Of a stretch of DNA of 64,000 bases, positions 12,172 to 22,589 are shown in pieces. Every line of letters starts with the position of its first letter. Within the stretch, counting starts at the first letter, position 1. The notes under the pieces are model-generated. The model saw only the letters and a list, made by a program, of their open reading frames with translations, was not told the DNA's origin and ran no database searches. The position numbers and the translations under genes are program-made. The stretch comes from an uncultured Desulfarculus sp. (GTDB lineage Bacteria > Desulfobacterota > Desulfarculia > Desulfarculales > Desulfarculaceae): NCBI GenBank assembly GCA_963665125.2, contig CAXXUK010000002.1, forward strand, positions 864,001-928,000. Direction: 5' to 3'.

Positions 12172-13224
12172 TCAGGCGGTTTCCGGCAAACGACCGCCCC
12201 GGGGCAAGCGGCTGACGGCGTCGGCGTCGATGGCCATGATTTTGCCGGAGCGCAGGCGCAGGCATCCGGCGGCGGCGATCATGGCCGCGTTGTCGGTGCA
12301 CAGTTCAAATGGCGGTGCGGTCAGGCGCATGCCCCTGTCTTCGGCCAAACGCTTCATGACCGTGCGCAACCGCTGGTTGGAGGCAACGCCTCCGGCCAGG
12401 GCCAGGGCCTTGATGCCCCGCTCCTTGGCCGCTTCAATGGTCTTTTTGGCCAATACCTCCACCACGGCCTCCTGGAAGCCGGCGCAGAGATCTTCGATGC
12501 GGTAGTTTTCGCCCTTGTGTTGCTCCCGGAAGCGCACAACCGCGCTTTTCAGGCCGGAAAAGCTGAAATCCAAGGTGCCGTCGTGCATCCTGGGACGGGG
12601 CAGGGTGATGGCCTCGGGGTCGCCTTTGGCGGCCAGCCTGTCGATGACCACTCCGCCGGGATAGCCCAGGCCGTAGAGCTTGGCCACCTTGTCAAAGGCC
12701 TCGCCCGCCGCGTCGTCGACGGTTTGACCCAACTCCTCCATGTCGCCGTGGTCGCGTACCAGGTAGATGCTGGTATGGCCGCCGCTGACCAACAGGGCCG
12801 TAAAGGGCGGCTTTGGCGGGTCGTCCATCAGGTTCAGGGCGGCGATATGGCCCTCCAGGTGGCTGACTCCGCAGACGGGCAGGCGCCTGGCCCAGGCCAG
12901 GGCCTTGGCCGCCGACAGCCCCACCAACAGCGATCCGATGAGCCCCGGCCCCTGGGTAACGGCAATGCCGCTGATATCGGCCAAGGTCAAACCGGCCTCG
13001 GCCAGGGCGGTCCTGATCACCGGCGTGACGGCCTCCAGATGGCGGCGGCTGGCCAGTTCGGGCACAACCCCGCCGAACGGCGCATGGTCCTTGACCTGGC
13101 TGGCCACCACGCTGGAAAGTATGCGGCGGCCGTTTTCGACAACAGCCGCCGCCGTTTCATCGCATGATGACTCTATGCCCAGGACCAGACGTCCCGCGTC
13201 TATGTTATTCGGAGCGTTGGCCAC
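12172..13224 (-). CDS. tsaD: tRNA N6-adenosine threonylcarbamoyltransferase
   Basis: LGIESSCDET, GGVVPELASRRH, HLEGH and CTDNAAMIA. Confidence 0.96.
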   Translation of the reverse strand: MANAPNNIDAGRLVLGIESSCDETAAAVVENGRRILSSVVASQVKDHAPFGGVVPELASRRHLEAVTPVIRTALAEAGLTLADISGIAVTQGPGLIGSLLVGLSAAKALAWARRLPVCGVSHLEGHIAALNLMDDPPKPPFTALLVSGGHTSIYLVRDHGDMEELGQTVDDAAGEAFDKVAKLYGLGYPGGVVIDRLAAKGDPEAITLPRPRMHDGTLDFSFSGLKSAVVRFREQHKGENYRIEDLCAGFQEAVVEVLAKKTIEAAKERGIKALALAGGVASNQRLRTVMKRLAEDRGMRLTAPPFELCTDNAAMIAAAGCLRLRSGKIMAIDADAVSRLPRGGRLPETA

Positions 13225-14227
13225 TCAGGAACTGTTCCACATCCTGGACGTCCAGCTTGCTGCCGATGACGATGGGCACGCGCTGGTGCAGTTCTTCGGG
13301 CTGGACTTCCATAACCCGGCCTTCGCCCGTGCTGGCCGCGCCGCCCGCCTGTTCGGCCACCATGGCCAGGGGGTTGCATTCGTAGAGCAGGCGGAGTTTG
13401 CCGTTTGGTTTCTTGGGGTCTTTGCTGTCTTTGGGGTAGAGGAACACTCCGCCGTACAGAAGCGTGCGGTGGAAATCGGCGACCATGGAGCCGATATAGC
13501 GGCAGGAATACACCGGCTTGGTATCGGTCTTCTTGCGCAGGTAGCGGAAGTAGTTTCTCAGGTTGTCGCTCCAATAATCCCAGTAGCCCATGTTGGCGCT
13601 GAAGATATTGCCGCGTTCGGGGATCTTGATGTCCGGATGGCTGAGCAGAAATTCGCCCACCGAGCTATCCAGGGTAAAGGCGCTGACGCCGTTGCCTGTG
13701 GTGTAGACCATCATGGTCGACGAGCCGTACAAAAAATAGCCGGCTGCCACTTGTTTGTAGCCCGGTTGCAGCAGGTCGCTCATCTGATAGTCGGTGCCCG
13801 GCGACGCCTTGCGCAGGATGCTGAAGATGGTGCCTATGGACACGTTGGCGTCGATGTTGGAGCTGCCGTCCAGGGGGTCGAACATCAGCACATAGTTGCC
13901 CTTCTCATAGCCCCGGGGGATCTCGATGGGGTCGGCGTCTTCCTCGGAGCCCAGCACGCTGCAGTGGCCGCTGCGGCACAGACGCTCTATGAGCAGATCG
14001 TGGGCGTATTCATCGAGCTTTTTGACCTGTTCGCCCTGCACGTTGATGTGGCCGGCCGAGCCCAGAATGCCGGCCAGACCGGCCTTGTTGACCTCTGCGG
14101 AGATTATCTTGGCCGCGAAGATCAGTTCGTTCATCAGCCTGGTGAACACGCCCGAGGCCTCGCCGTGGCGCTGCTGCTGCATCAGGATGTGGTTGGTTAC
14201 GGTTATGCCTACTTTATTTTCAGTCAT
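13205..14227 (-). CDS. fbp: Class 1 fructose-1,6-bisphosphatase
   Basis: FDPLDGSSNID, RYIGSMVADFHR and GKLRLLYECNP. Confidence 0.96.
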   Translation of the reverse strand: MTENKVGITVTNHILMQQQRHGEASGVFTRLMNELIFAAKIISAEVNKAGLAGILGSAGHINVQGEQVKKLDEYAHDLLIERLCRSGHCSVLGSEEDADPIEIPRGYEKGNYVLMFDPLDGSSNIDANVSIGTIFSILRKASPGTDYQMSDLLQPGYKQVAAGYFLYGSSTMMVYTTGNGVSAFTLDSSVGEFLLSHPDIKIPERGNIFSANMGYWDYWSDNLRNYFRYLRKKTDTKPVYSCRYIGSMVADFHRTLLYGGVFLYPKDSKDPKKPNGKLRLLYECNPLAMVAEQAGGAASTGEGRVMEVQPEELHQRVPIVIGSKLDVQDVEQFLSGQRSE

Positions 14228-14349
14228 TGCCCCCTCCTCCAGAGTTTGGCCATGAGAAATAGCTGTCAACTATTTGTAACACTGACACGGCCTGGAGGGC
14301 AAATAAACATTACCCAATGAAAATCCATAGTTGACAAGTGAAGTTGGGC

Positions 14350-15960
14350 TTAGCCGGTTTCGTCTTTCCAAAGCTTGTAGCGGATGGAATCGGACAGGGC
14401 CTGCCAGCTTGCCTCCAGCACGTCGAAACTCACGCCCACCGTGCCCCAACGCATGCGTCCGTCGCTGGATTCGATGAGCACCCGCACGCTGGCGGCGGTG
14501 CCGTCGGCGCTGGAGAGCACCCGGACCTTGTAGTCCACCAGGAACATCTCGGACAACTGGGGATAAAAGCCCAACAGGGCCTTGCGCAAGGCGCGGTCCA
14601 GGGCGTTTACCGGGCCATTGCCCACGGCGGCTGTATGGCGCACCCTGCCGTCGACCAGGACCATGACCGTGGCCTCGCTGACCGGACCGGGGTCCTTGCA
14701 GTCGGTGAACTGGTTCACCTCCTTGTTGCCGATCACCCGGAAGTTCATGAGCTGGAAGTAGTTGGGCTCCTTGCCCAGCATGCGGTTGACCATCAGCTCG
14801 AAGCTGGCCTCGGCGGCCTCGTAGACATAGCCCAGGTTTTCCAGGGCCTTGAGCTCCTGGAGAATGGCCCCGAGTCTGGGGTCGTCGTCGGCTATGTCCA
14901 GGCCCCAGTCGCGGACCTTGCGCAGCACTGCGGCCTTGCCCGCCAGGTCGCTGATCAGATAGCGGCGGTCGTTGCCCACGGCTTCGGGCGACTCGTGCTC
15001 GTAGAGGATGGGATCTTTTTCCACGGCGCTGATGTGCAGACCGCCCTTGTGGCCAAACGCCGCCCTGCCCACGTACGGGGCAAACGGCCGGGGCTGTTGG
15101 TTGGCCAGCTCCAGCACGTAGCGGGCCGTATCGGTGAGTAGCGGCAGCTTGCCTGCGGGCAGGGCCTTCATGCCCATCTTCAACTCAAGGGCCGCGACGA
15201 TGGAGCAGAGGTTGGCGTTGCCGCAGCGCTCGCCCACGCCGTTGATGGTGCCCTGGACGTGACCCGCTCCGGCCTCCACGGCGGCCAGGGTGGTGGCCAC
15301 GGCCAGTTCGGCGTCGTTGTGGGTGTGGATGCCCACGGTGATTTTGGGGAACCGCGCGCACACCGCAGCGGTGGCCTCGGCCACCTGCCGGGGCAGGGAG
15401 CCGCCGTTGGTGTCGCAAAGCACCAGGCACTTGGCTCCGCCGTCGGCCGCGGCCTGCAGACAGGCCATGGTGTAGTCGCGGTTGTACTTCAGGCCGTCGA
15501 AGAAGTGCTCGGCGTCGAAGAAGACGTCAATATGGCGCTGGGTAAGATAGGCCACCGAACCCCGGATCATCTCCAGGTTGTTGTCCAGAGGCGTCTCCAA
15601 CTGCACGGTGACGTGACGGTCCCAGGTCTTGCCGACCATGGTCACCACATCGGTGCGGGCGGCGATGAGTTCGGCAAGGTTGGTGTCGTTGTCGGGCCGC
15701 CGGTTGGGATGGTGGGTGCTGCCGAAAGCCGCCAGCTTGGCGTGCCCCAGGTTCAAATTCTCCGCCTGGGCGAAAAACTGTTTGTCCCTGGGGTTGCTGC
15801 CGGGCCAGCCGCCTTCGATATAATGCACGCCCAGTTTGTCCAGGCGCTGGGCCACCTTGAGCTTGTCCTCCACCGAGAGGACAAACCCCGCCGCCTGCGT
15901 GCCGTCGCGCAGAGTGGTGTCGTAGACCTCGACCTGCCGTTTGCCGCCTTCTCCGGACAT
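14350..15960 (-). CDS. cimA: Citramalate synthase (LeuA/CimA family)
   Basis: YDTTLRDG, IEGGWPGSNP, FFDAEHFFDG and GERCGNANL; directly downstream of lysC. Confidence 0.9.
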   Translation of the reverse strand: MSGEGGKRQVEVYDTTLRDGTQAAGFVLSVEDKLKVAQRLDKLGVHYIEGGWPGSNPRDKQFFAQAENLNLGHAKLAAFGSTHHPNRRPDNDTNLAELIAARTDVVTMVGKTWDRHVTVQLETPLDNNLEMIRGSVAYLTQRHIDVFFDAEHFFDGLKYNRDYTMACLQAAADGGAKCLVLCDTNGGSLPRQVAEATAAVCARFPKITVGIHTHNDAELAVATTLAAVEAGAGHVQGTINGVGERCGNANLCSIVAALELKMGMKALPAGKLPLLTDTARYVLELANQQPRPFAPYVGRAAFGHKGGLHISAVEKDPILYEHESPEAVGNDRRYLISDLAGKAAVLRKVRDWGLDIADDDPRLGAILQELKALENLGYVYEAAEASFELMVNRMLGKEPNYFQLMNFRVIGNKEVNQFTDCKDPGPVSEATVMVLVDGRVRHTAAVGNGPVNALDRALRKALLGFYPQLSEMFLVDYKVRVLSSADGTAASVRVLIESSDGRMRWGTVGVSFDVLEASWQALSDSIRYKLWKDETG

Positions 15961-15964
15961 GGCC

Positions 15965-17212
15965 CTAGCCCAAGTCTTCTGCTTTGGCCTGTTCATCTTC
16001 GGCCAGCTCGAATGCGTCATGCAGGGCGCGCACGGCCAGCTCGGTGTACTTTTCCTTGATCACGCAGGAGATCTTGATCTCGCTGGTGTTGATGGTCTCG
16101 ATGTTGATGTTTTCCTTGGCCAGGGCCTGGAACATCTTGGTGGCCACGCCGGCGTGGTTGCGCATGCCCGTGCCGATGATGGAGACCTTGGCGATGTCCG
16201 GGTCGCCGATGACCTGCTCGGCGCCGATATGCTCGACGATCCGTCCCACCACTTCCAAGGCGTTTTCATAGTCGGTCTTGGGCACGGTGAAGGAGATGTC
16301 GGTCTTGCCGTCGGCGCTGGTGTTCTGGATGATCACGTCGACGACGATGTTGGCTTTGCCGATGGGCACGAACACCTTGCTGGCCACGCCGGGCTGGTCG
16401 GGCACGCCCTTGATGGTGATGCGGGCTTCGTTCTTGTTGTAGGCTATGCCGCTGACTACGAGTTTTTCGGTGATCTGGTCTTCGGGAACCACCATGGTGC
16501 CCTCCTGGTCGCTGAAAGTGGAACGGACGTGGATATTCACGCCGAATTGTTTTGCAAAGGCCACGGAACGGATTTCAAGGACCTTGGCCCCGAGGGAGGC
16601 CATCTCCAGCATCTCGTCGTAGGAGATCTGGTTTAGTTTGCGGGCCGCCGGCACGATGTTGGGGTCGGTGGTGTAAACGCCGTCGACATCGGTGTAGATC
16701 TCACAGACGTCGGCTTTGAGCGCCGCGGCCAGGGCCACGGCCGTGGTGTCGCTGCCGCCCCGGCCCAGGGTCGTCACGTCGCCGGTGTCCCAGTCGAGGC
16801 CCTGGAAACCGGCCACGACCACCACCGAGCCTTCGTCCAGAAGCTCTTTGATGCGGGCGGCCTCCACATCCTTGATGCGGGCCTTGCCAAAGACATTGTC
16901 GGTGAGGATGGCGGCCTGGAAGCCCAGCAGCGAGTGAGCGGTCATGCCCATGTCGCTGGCGGCCATGCAGAACAGCGCCACGGACTGCTGCTCGCCGGTG
17001 GCCAGCAGAACGTCCATTTCCCGGGCGTCGGGCCGGGAGCTGGCCTCGTGGGCCAGGGCGATGAGCTTGTCGGTCATGCCGGCCATGGCCGACAGCACCA
17101 CAACCATCTTGTTGCCCTGTTCGGCACGGGCCTTGACCTTGCGGGCCACGTTTTTAATCTTCTCGATGCTGCCCACCGAGGTCCCGCCGTATTTTTGAAC
17201 GATTGTCGCCAT
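15965..17212 (-). CDS. lysC: Aspartate kinase
   Basis: VQKYGGTSV, TLGRGGSDTTA and two ACT domains ending TSEIKIS. Confidence 0.97.
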   Translation of the reverse strand: MATIVQKYGGTSVGSIEKIKNVARKVKARAEQGNKMVVVLSAMAGMTDKLIALAHEASSRPDAREMDVLLATGEQQSVALFCMAASDMGMTAHSLLGFQAAILTDNVFGKARIKDVEAARIKELLDEGSVVVVAGFQGLDWDTGDVTTLGRGGSDTTAVALAAALKADVCEIYTDVDGVYTTDPNIVPAARKLNQISYDEMLEMASLGAKVLEIRSVAFAKQFGVNIHVRSTFSDQEGTMVVPEDQITEKLVVSGIAYNKNEARITIKGVPDQPGVASKVFVPIGKANIVVDVIIQNTSADGKTDISFTVPKTDYENALEVVGRIVEHIGAEQVIGDPDIAKVSIIGTGMRNHAGVATKMFQALAKENINIETINTSEIKISCVIKEKYTELAVRALHDAFELAEDEQAKAEDLG

Positions 17213-17230
17213 GTTAGCTTCCCACTGTCA

Positions 17231-17695
17231 TTATATTGCGGCCCGTTGCAGCTGGTCTATCAGCTCAGCCGGACCGGTTATCTCGGCTTGCCGGGATAGG
17301 GTCTCGTTGCCGCCCAGGCGCACGGTAAGCGCATCCGGGGGCCAATGGCCTTCCATGATCTCGGCCCATTCCACGGCCAACACCCCGTCCGCCGCTTCGT
17401 CCAGCAGGCCCAGGTCAAGGGCGCTGTCGGCGTCGAGCCGGTACAGGTCGGCGTGATAAAAGGCGATCCGGCCCGGATAGACGTTGAGCAGGGTGAAGGT
17501 GGGGCTGGTGATGGCGTAGTCTTCGCCGACTCCCAGGCCCCTGGCCAACCCCCTGGCCAGCGTTGTTTTTCCGGCTCCGAGGCCGCCATACAACAGGACC
17601 ACGCCACCGGGTTTCAGAAGATCGCCCAGAGCGCGGCCCAATTTTTCCGTTGCCGCCTCGTCGGGCAGGTCAAGGCTCAGACGGTGCGTTTCCAT
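17231..17695 (-). CDS. tsaE: tRNA threonylcarbamoyladenosine biosynthesis ATPase
   Basis: GLGAGKTT, SPTFTL, HADLYRL and VEW. Confidence 0.95.
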   Translation of the reverse strand: METHRLSLDLPDEAATEKLGRALGDLLKPGGVVLLYGGLGAGKTTLARGLARGLGVGEDYAITSPTFTLLNVYPGRIAFYHADLYRLDADSALDLGLLDEAADGVLAVEWAEIMEGHWPPDALTVRLGGNETLSRQAEITGPAELIDQLQRAAI

Positions 17696-17775
17696 TGGGT
17701 GTTGCCGTGGTTTTAGTTAGTGGGGTTTACCAGATAAGCGCCCTTTGAGCAAGGGTCTTCCCCATTATGTCACGG

Positions 17776-19350
17776 TCATTCGTGAACATGTTCCTCGTCT
17801 TCTTCCGCGTCGGTTTCCAGCGCGGCGAAGGCCGCCGGTATGGCGTCGTTGAGCTCGTCGGCGGCCAGGCCCCTGACACCGAACTCCTCTTCGGCCAGCT
17901 GGGCCGCCAGACCATGGACAAAGGCCGCGCACAGGGCCGCCTCCAGGGCTCCTGCTCCCTGGGCCAGCAGGCCGCCCACCAGGCCGGTGAGCACGTCGCC
18001 GCTGCCGCCGCTGCTCAAAAGCGGACTGCCCGTGGCGTTGATCCAGGCCAGGCCGTCCGGTCCGGTGATGACGCTGCGGGCTCCCTTGAGCAGGCAGACG
18101 CAGTTGTATTTCCCCGCGATGGCCCTTGCCGCGGCCAGACGGTCTTTCTGGATGTCGGCCGTGGTGACGTCCAGCAGACGGGCCGCCTCGCCCGGATGGG
18201 GCGTGAGCACCACCTGGTCCGAGGCGAATCTGGTGTCCGTGCCGGCAATGGCGTTGAGGCCGTCGGCGTCGACCACCATGGGCGCGTCGATGGTGTCGCA
18301 CAGGCCCTGCACCAACTCCACGGTTTCCTCGGCCAGGCCCATGCCCGGACCAAGGGCCAGGGCCTGGCGGCTGAGCATCAATTGACGCACGGTATCCAGG
18401 GCCGAGACGTCCAGGGCTCCGGATTTGGTCTCGGCAAGGGGCTGGGTCATGCAGGCCGTGAGCTTGGTTTCGGCCACCAGGTTCAGGCCGGCGGGCAGGG
18501 CGGCGGTGACCAGCCCGGCACCGGAGCGCAGCCCGGCCATGGCCGCCATGCACGGCGCGCCGCTGTATCCGGTGGAACCGCCCACCACCAGCAGGTGGCC
18601 GTAGCTGCCCTTGTGGCCCCAGGGCAGGCGCGGCGGCAGCATGGCCGCCACGGCTTCGGCGTCCAACATCAGACAGCCCACGTCAAGTTCGTCGAGCACG
18701 TGGGGCGGGATGGATATGTCGATGACGCTGATCTCGCCGCAGTGATCTTCGTAATCCAACAGCAGACCCTGCTTGGCCGCGCCAAAGGTTGCGGTCCAGT
18801 CGGCCTGCACGGCCACGCCCATGGGGCGGCCCGTATCGGCGTTTAGCCCGCTGGGGATGTCGATGGCCAACAGCGGGGCGGCCAGTTCGTTCATCAACTC
18901 GATGGCCCGGGCGTAACTGCCCTTCACTTCACTGTTGAGGCCGGTGCCCAGCAGGGCGTCAATATAAAAGTCATAGGAGGCCATCTCGGCTTCGAGGTCG
19001 TCAAAGGCCTTGTCGTCTTCGACCTCAACTATCTCCACGCCGCAGGCCTCGGCAACCCGCAGGTTGGTGGCCGCGTCGCCGGCGATGACATCTTTTTTGG
19101 CAAAGACATAGGCCGTGCACACCGCGCCCATCTGGGCCAGCATGCGCAGCACGGCAAAGCCGTCGCCTCCGTTGTTGCCCCGGCCGCAAAAAGCGGCAAC
19201 CAGCAGGCCTTCCACGTCGCCGATCTCGTCCAGGATGACCCTGGTGGCGCCCCTGGCGGCGTTTTCCATGAGCACGATGCCGGGCAGGCCGACTTCGTCA
19301 ATGGTCCGCTGGTCGGCCCGGCGCATCTGGTCGGCTGTCAGCAAAATCAT
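17776..19350 (-). CDS. nnr: Bifunctional NAD(P)H-hydrate epimerase/dehydratase
   Basis: LMENA, GRGNNGGDG, DIPSGL, TPHPGEAARL and GGSGDVL. Confidence 0.95.
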   Translation of the reverse strand: MILLTADQMRRADQRTIDEVGLPGIVLMENAARGATRVILDEIGDVEGLLVAAFCGRGNNGGDGFAVLRMLAQMGAVCTAYVFAKKDVIAGDAATNLRVAEACGVEIVEVEDDKAFDDLEAEMASYDFYIDALLGTGLNSEVKGSYARAIELMNELAAPLLAIDIPSGLNADTGRPMGVAVQADWTATFGAAKQGLLLDYEDHCGEISVIDISIPPHVLDELDVGCLMLDAEAVAAMLPPRLPWGHKGSYGHLLVVGGSTGYSGAPCMAAMAGLRSGAGLVTAALPAGLNLVAETKLTACMTQPLAETKSGALDVSALDTVRQLMLSRQALALGPGMGLAEETVELVQGLCDTIDAPMVVDADGLNAIAGTDTRFASDQVVLTPHPGEAARLLDVTTADIQKDRLAAARAIAGKYNCVCLLKGARSVITGPDGLAWINATGSPLLSSGGSGDVLTGLVGGLLAQGAGALEAALCAAFVHGLAAQLAEEEFGVRGLAADELNDAIPAAFAALETDAEEDEEHVHE

Positions 19351-19724
19351 GGTTTCTCCAATACAACCACCGCCGCGGCGTATTCGCCGTCGTCGGTGAG
19401 GCTAAGGTAGGCGCTGGGGTTGCCCATGCGCTTGGACCATTGGGCGGCGCGGCCATGCAGGGCCAGACCCGGCTTGCCCGTGGGCTGGTGAACTACCTCG
19501 ATTTCGACAAAGGCCATGCCTTTCATGCCTGTTCCGGTGGCCTTGCTGAAGGCCTCCTTGGCCGCCCAGCGCATGGCCAGGGCGGCGGCTGGTCTGGGCC
19601 GGCCCATTATTTCGGCTATCTCAGCCTCGGTGCAGATGCGCCTCAGAAAGCGCTCTCCCAAGCGCTCCAGGGTCCGCTTGAAGCGCGGAATATTGGCCAT
19701 GTCCAGGCCCAGGCCGATGATCAT
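19347..19724 (-). CDS. acpS: Holo-ACP synthase
   Basis: MIIGLGLD, RWAAKEAFSKA and GKP motifs. Confidence 0.92.
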   Translation of the reverse strand: MIIGLGLDMANIPRFKRTLERLGERFLRRICTEAEIAEIMGRPRPAAALAMRWAAKEAFSKATGTGMKGMAFVEIEVVHQPTGKPGLALHGRAAQWSKRMGNPSAYLSLTDDGEYAAAVVVLEKP

Positions 19725-19726
19725 CT

Positions 19727-20485
19727 CTACAGCCGTCTCCGGGGCGGTTCGGCGACCCTGGCCGTGGCGCTGGTGCGCACCAGCTCGAGCATTTCCGTAA
19801 CGGCCTGCTCAAAGCCCACGAACACGGCCCTGGCCACGATGCTGTGGCCGATGGAGTACTCGACGATCTCGGGCACCTTCAACAGGGGCCGCACGTTGCG
19901 CAGGTTCAGGCCGTGCCCGGCGGCCACGGTCATGCCGACCCTGGTGGCCAGGCGGGCCGCGTCTTCAAGTTCGTCCAGATGCCTCTTGCGAGAGACCTCG
20001 TCAGTGGCGTTGGCGTAGGTGCCGGTATGCAACTCCACCACCTGGGCTCCGGCCATGTGGGAAGCCTTGACCTGCTCGGGGTGGGGGTCGATGAATAAAC
20101 TGACCTCGATGCCCGCGTCGTTGAGCTGGGAGATGACGTCCTTGATTCGGTCCTGGTTGCCTTTGACGTCCAGGCCGCCCTCGGTGGTCAGTTCCTGGCG
20201 TTTTTCCGGCACCAGGGTGCAGATCTCGGGCATTTCGCCGATGGCTATGCCCACCATTTCCTCGGTGGCGGCCATCTCCATGTTCAGCTTGCCTTTCACC
20301 ACCTGGCGCAAGACTTTCAGATCGCGGTCCTGGATATGGCGGCGGTCTTCGCGCAGATGCACTATGATGCCGTCGGCACCGGCCTTTTCGGCCAGGACGG
20401 CGGCCCAGACCGGATCGGGCTCGTCGATGCCCCTGGCCTGGCGCAGGGTGGCGATGTGGTCAACGTTAACTGATAATAAAGCCAT
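19727..20485 (-). CDS. pdxJ: Pyridoxine 5'-phosphate synthase
   Basis: [31 protein letters not shown] and AGHGL. Confidence 0.97.
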   Translation of the reverse strand: MALLSVNVDHIATLRQARGIDEPDPVWAAVLAEKAGADGIIVHLREDRRHIQDRDLKVLRQVVKGKLNMEMAATEEMVGIAIGEMPEICTLVPEKRQELTTEGGLDVKGNQDRIKDVISQLNDAGIEVSLFIDPHPEQVKASHMAGAQVVELHTGTYANATDEVSRKRHLDELEDAARLATRVGMTVAAGHGLNLRNVRPLLKVPEIVEYSIGHSIVARAVFVGFEQAVTEMLELVRTSATARVAEPPRRRL

Positions 20486-20539
20486 GGCGTCCTTCTCCGG
20501 CGTTAACGGGCATCCGGTGTTGGTGCGATGTATGAATTG

Positions 20540-20980
20540 TCAGGCGGCGCTTTGTTCAAGCAGTTTTTCGGTGAGCTCTTCCATGCGCCGTGCTTCCTGC
20601 TCATCATGTATATGATCATACCCCAGCAGGTGCAACAGGCCGTGGATAATCAGGCGCACTAAATGTTCGTTCGGGTCCAAATCGTTTTCCGCCGCTTCCC
20701 TGTGGGCGGTGTCGATGCTCACGACAATGTCTCCCAACAGATGCGGAGTGAACTCGGCGTCTTCGCCCTCCTGCATGGGGAAGGAGATCACGTTGGTCGG
20801 GCGGGGTTTCCCCAGATATTGCCCGTTGAGCTCGGTGATCTGGGGATCATCGCAAATAACAAGCGAAAGCTCGGTCTGATCAGCCAATTCCAAGGCGTTT
20901 GAGATCCTTTTGATCCTGGCTTCCAGCTTCGGAAGGTCGATCGGCACCGCTTCTTGACGATTGTCTATCACCAGTTCCAC
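20540..20980 (-). CDS. ybeY: rRNA maturation endoribonuclease YbeY
   Basis: PTNVISF, LGDIVVS and HGLLHLLGYDH zinc motif. GTG start inferred; it overlaps the upstream gene. Confidence 0.92.
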   Translation of the reverse strand: MELVIDNRQEAVPIDLPKLEARIKRISNALELADQTELSLVICDDPQITELNGQYLGKPRPTNVISFPMQEGEDAEFTPHLLGDIVVSIDTAHREAAENDLDPNEHLVRLIIHGLLHLLGYDHIHDEQEARRMEELTEKLLEQSAA

Positions 20981-22583
20981 TTTGCTTGGCGCTCCCGTTT
21001 TCGGTCTTGGGGTAGTCCACCCGGTGGTGGAATATGCCCGTAAGGCTCTTGTTGAATATTTTAGCAATTTTGTGCAGGTCCTTGAGGGTCAGTTCGCATT
21101 CGTCGAGCTGGCCTTCGGCAAAAACCTTGTTGATCTGGGACTGCACAACGCCCTGCAACCGGGCCGGTGTGGGGTTTTCCAGGGTGCGGCTGGCCGCCTC
21201 AACGGTGTCGGCCAGCATGATCAGGCCCGCTTCCCTGGTCTGGGGCCTGGGGCCGGGGTAGCGGAAGGCCTCGGCGTCTGGTTCGTCGCGCCCGGCCTCC
21301 CGGGCGGCCTCCTGGGCCTTGTTGTAGAAGAAGTGGATGAGCCGCGTGCCGTGGTGCTGGGCGATGATGTCCACTATGGGCTGGCCCAGGCGGTGTTTGC
21401 GGGCGGCTTCGACGCCTTCCTTGACGTGGCTGGCCAGTATCAACGCGCTCATGGACGGGGCCAGCTTTTCATGCTTGTTTGGGCCGATGGACTGGTTTTC
21501 GATGAAGTAGTCGCATTTTTTGACCTTGCCCAGGTCGTGGTAAAGGGCGGCGACCTTGGCCAGCAGCGAGTCGGCGCCTATGGCCTTGGCCGCGGCTTCG
21601 ACCATGGAACTGATGACCAGGCTGTGGTGATAGGTGCCCGGAGCCTGGAGCATAAGCTCCTGAAGCAGGGGGTGGTCCATGCTGGCCAGTTCCATCAGGT
21701 GTGGCGCGCTGATGAAGCCGAAGGAGTTTTCGGCCAGGGGGGCCAGTCCGGCGGCCAGCATGCCCGACAGCAGCAGGCCGATGACCGCGGCGCCCGTGGC
21801 GGCCATGAACATTGAACTGGCCAGCCAGCCCTGGAACAGGGCCAGGGCCACGATGGTAAGCACGCCGATAAGGGCCGACCAGGCCCCCGCGCCAATAAGC
21901 GAAAGGCGGGTGCGGCCGCTGCGCACATAGTGGGCGGCCACCACGCCGCTGAGCAGATAAAAAACGAACAAGGCCACGGAATTGGGCCAGATCAGGCAAG
22001 CCAGCAGGGCCGTGGCCAGGGCATAGAGCATGCCCGCCTGGCGGCCCATGAACAGGCTGACGAGCATGGGGCCTGTAGCCAGGGGCACGGCAAAGCCCAC
22101 GGCCGAAAGGGCCATGGCCCCGTTGCCGGACATGGCCAGGGCGATCAGGTCGAAGCCCCTGCTGAGCCCGGCCAACAGGATGCTCAGGCAAATCAGGAAT
22201 AGAAGCTGCTGGCCGCTGAGCCGGTTGTCGAAAACCGGCAGCCGGCGGAACCACAAGGCATAGATCAGCCGCAGGGACAATAGGGCCAGCATGACCGATC
22301 CGATTATTACTCCGGTGGCGGCGTTGACCAAAAGATCAACGGCCAGGGCAACGGCCACGGCTGCGGCCGGCAGGCCCGGAACGGCCATGCGCCAGCCGCC
22401 GGGGCTTTGGAAAGCATCCCGGAACTTGGGCACCACCTCCATTAAAAAGATCCGCTGCCAGACATCGATCAGAGCCAGGCGGGTCGATTCGGCAAGGCGC
22501 TTTATATGCTCTTGCCAGAGCTTTTTCTTGGTGGATTTAGCGTCCTGAACAGGACGCAGCTTTTTCGATGATTCATCGGCCAT
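20880..22583 (-). CDS. Membrane-bound HD-family phosphohydrolase (7TM-HD/PgpH-like)
   Basis: Multi-TM region, APGTYHHS, YHDLGK, YFIENQ, QHHGT and RYPGPRPQTRE; phoH-HD-ybeY synteny. Confidence 0.9.
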   Translation of the reverse strand: MADESSKKLRPVQDAKSTKKKLWQEHIKRLAESTRLALIDVWQRIFLMEVVPKFRDAFQSPGGWRMAVPGLPAAAVAVALAVDLLVNAATGVIIGSVMLALLSLRLIYALWFRRLPVFDNRLSGQQLLFLICLSILLAGLSRGFDLIALAMSGNGAMALSAVGFAVPLATGPMLVSLFMGRQAGMLYALATALLACLIWPNSVALFVFYLLSGVVAAHYVRSGRTRLSLIGAGAWSALIGVLTIVALALFQGWLASSMFMAATGAAVIGLLLSGMLAAGLAPLAENSFGFISAPHLMELASMDHPLLQELMLQAPGTYHHSLVISSMVEAAAKAIGADSLLAKVAALYHDLGKVKKCDYFIENQSIGPNKHEKLAPSMSALILASHVKEGVEAARKHRLGQPIVDIIAQHHGTRLIHFFYNKAQEAAREAGRDEPDAEAFRYPGPRPQTREAGLIMLADTVEAASRTLENPTPARLQGVVQSQINKVFAEGQLDECELTLKDLHKIAKIFNKSLTGIFHHRVDYPKTENGSAKQSGTGDRQSSRSGADRPSEAGSQDQKDLKRLGIG

Positions 22584-22589
22584 GGAACT

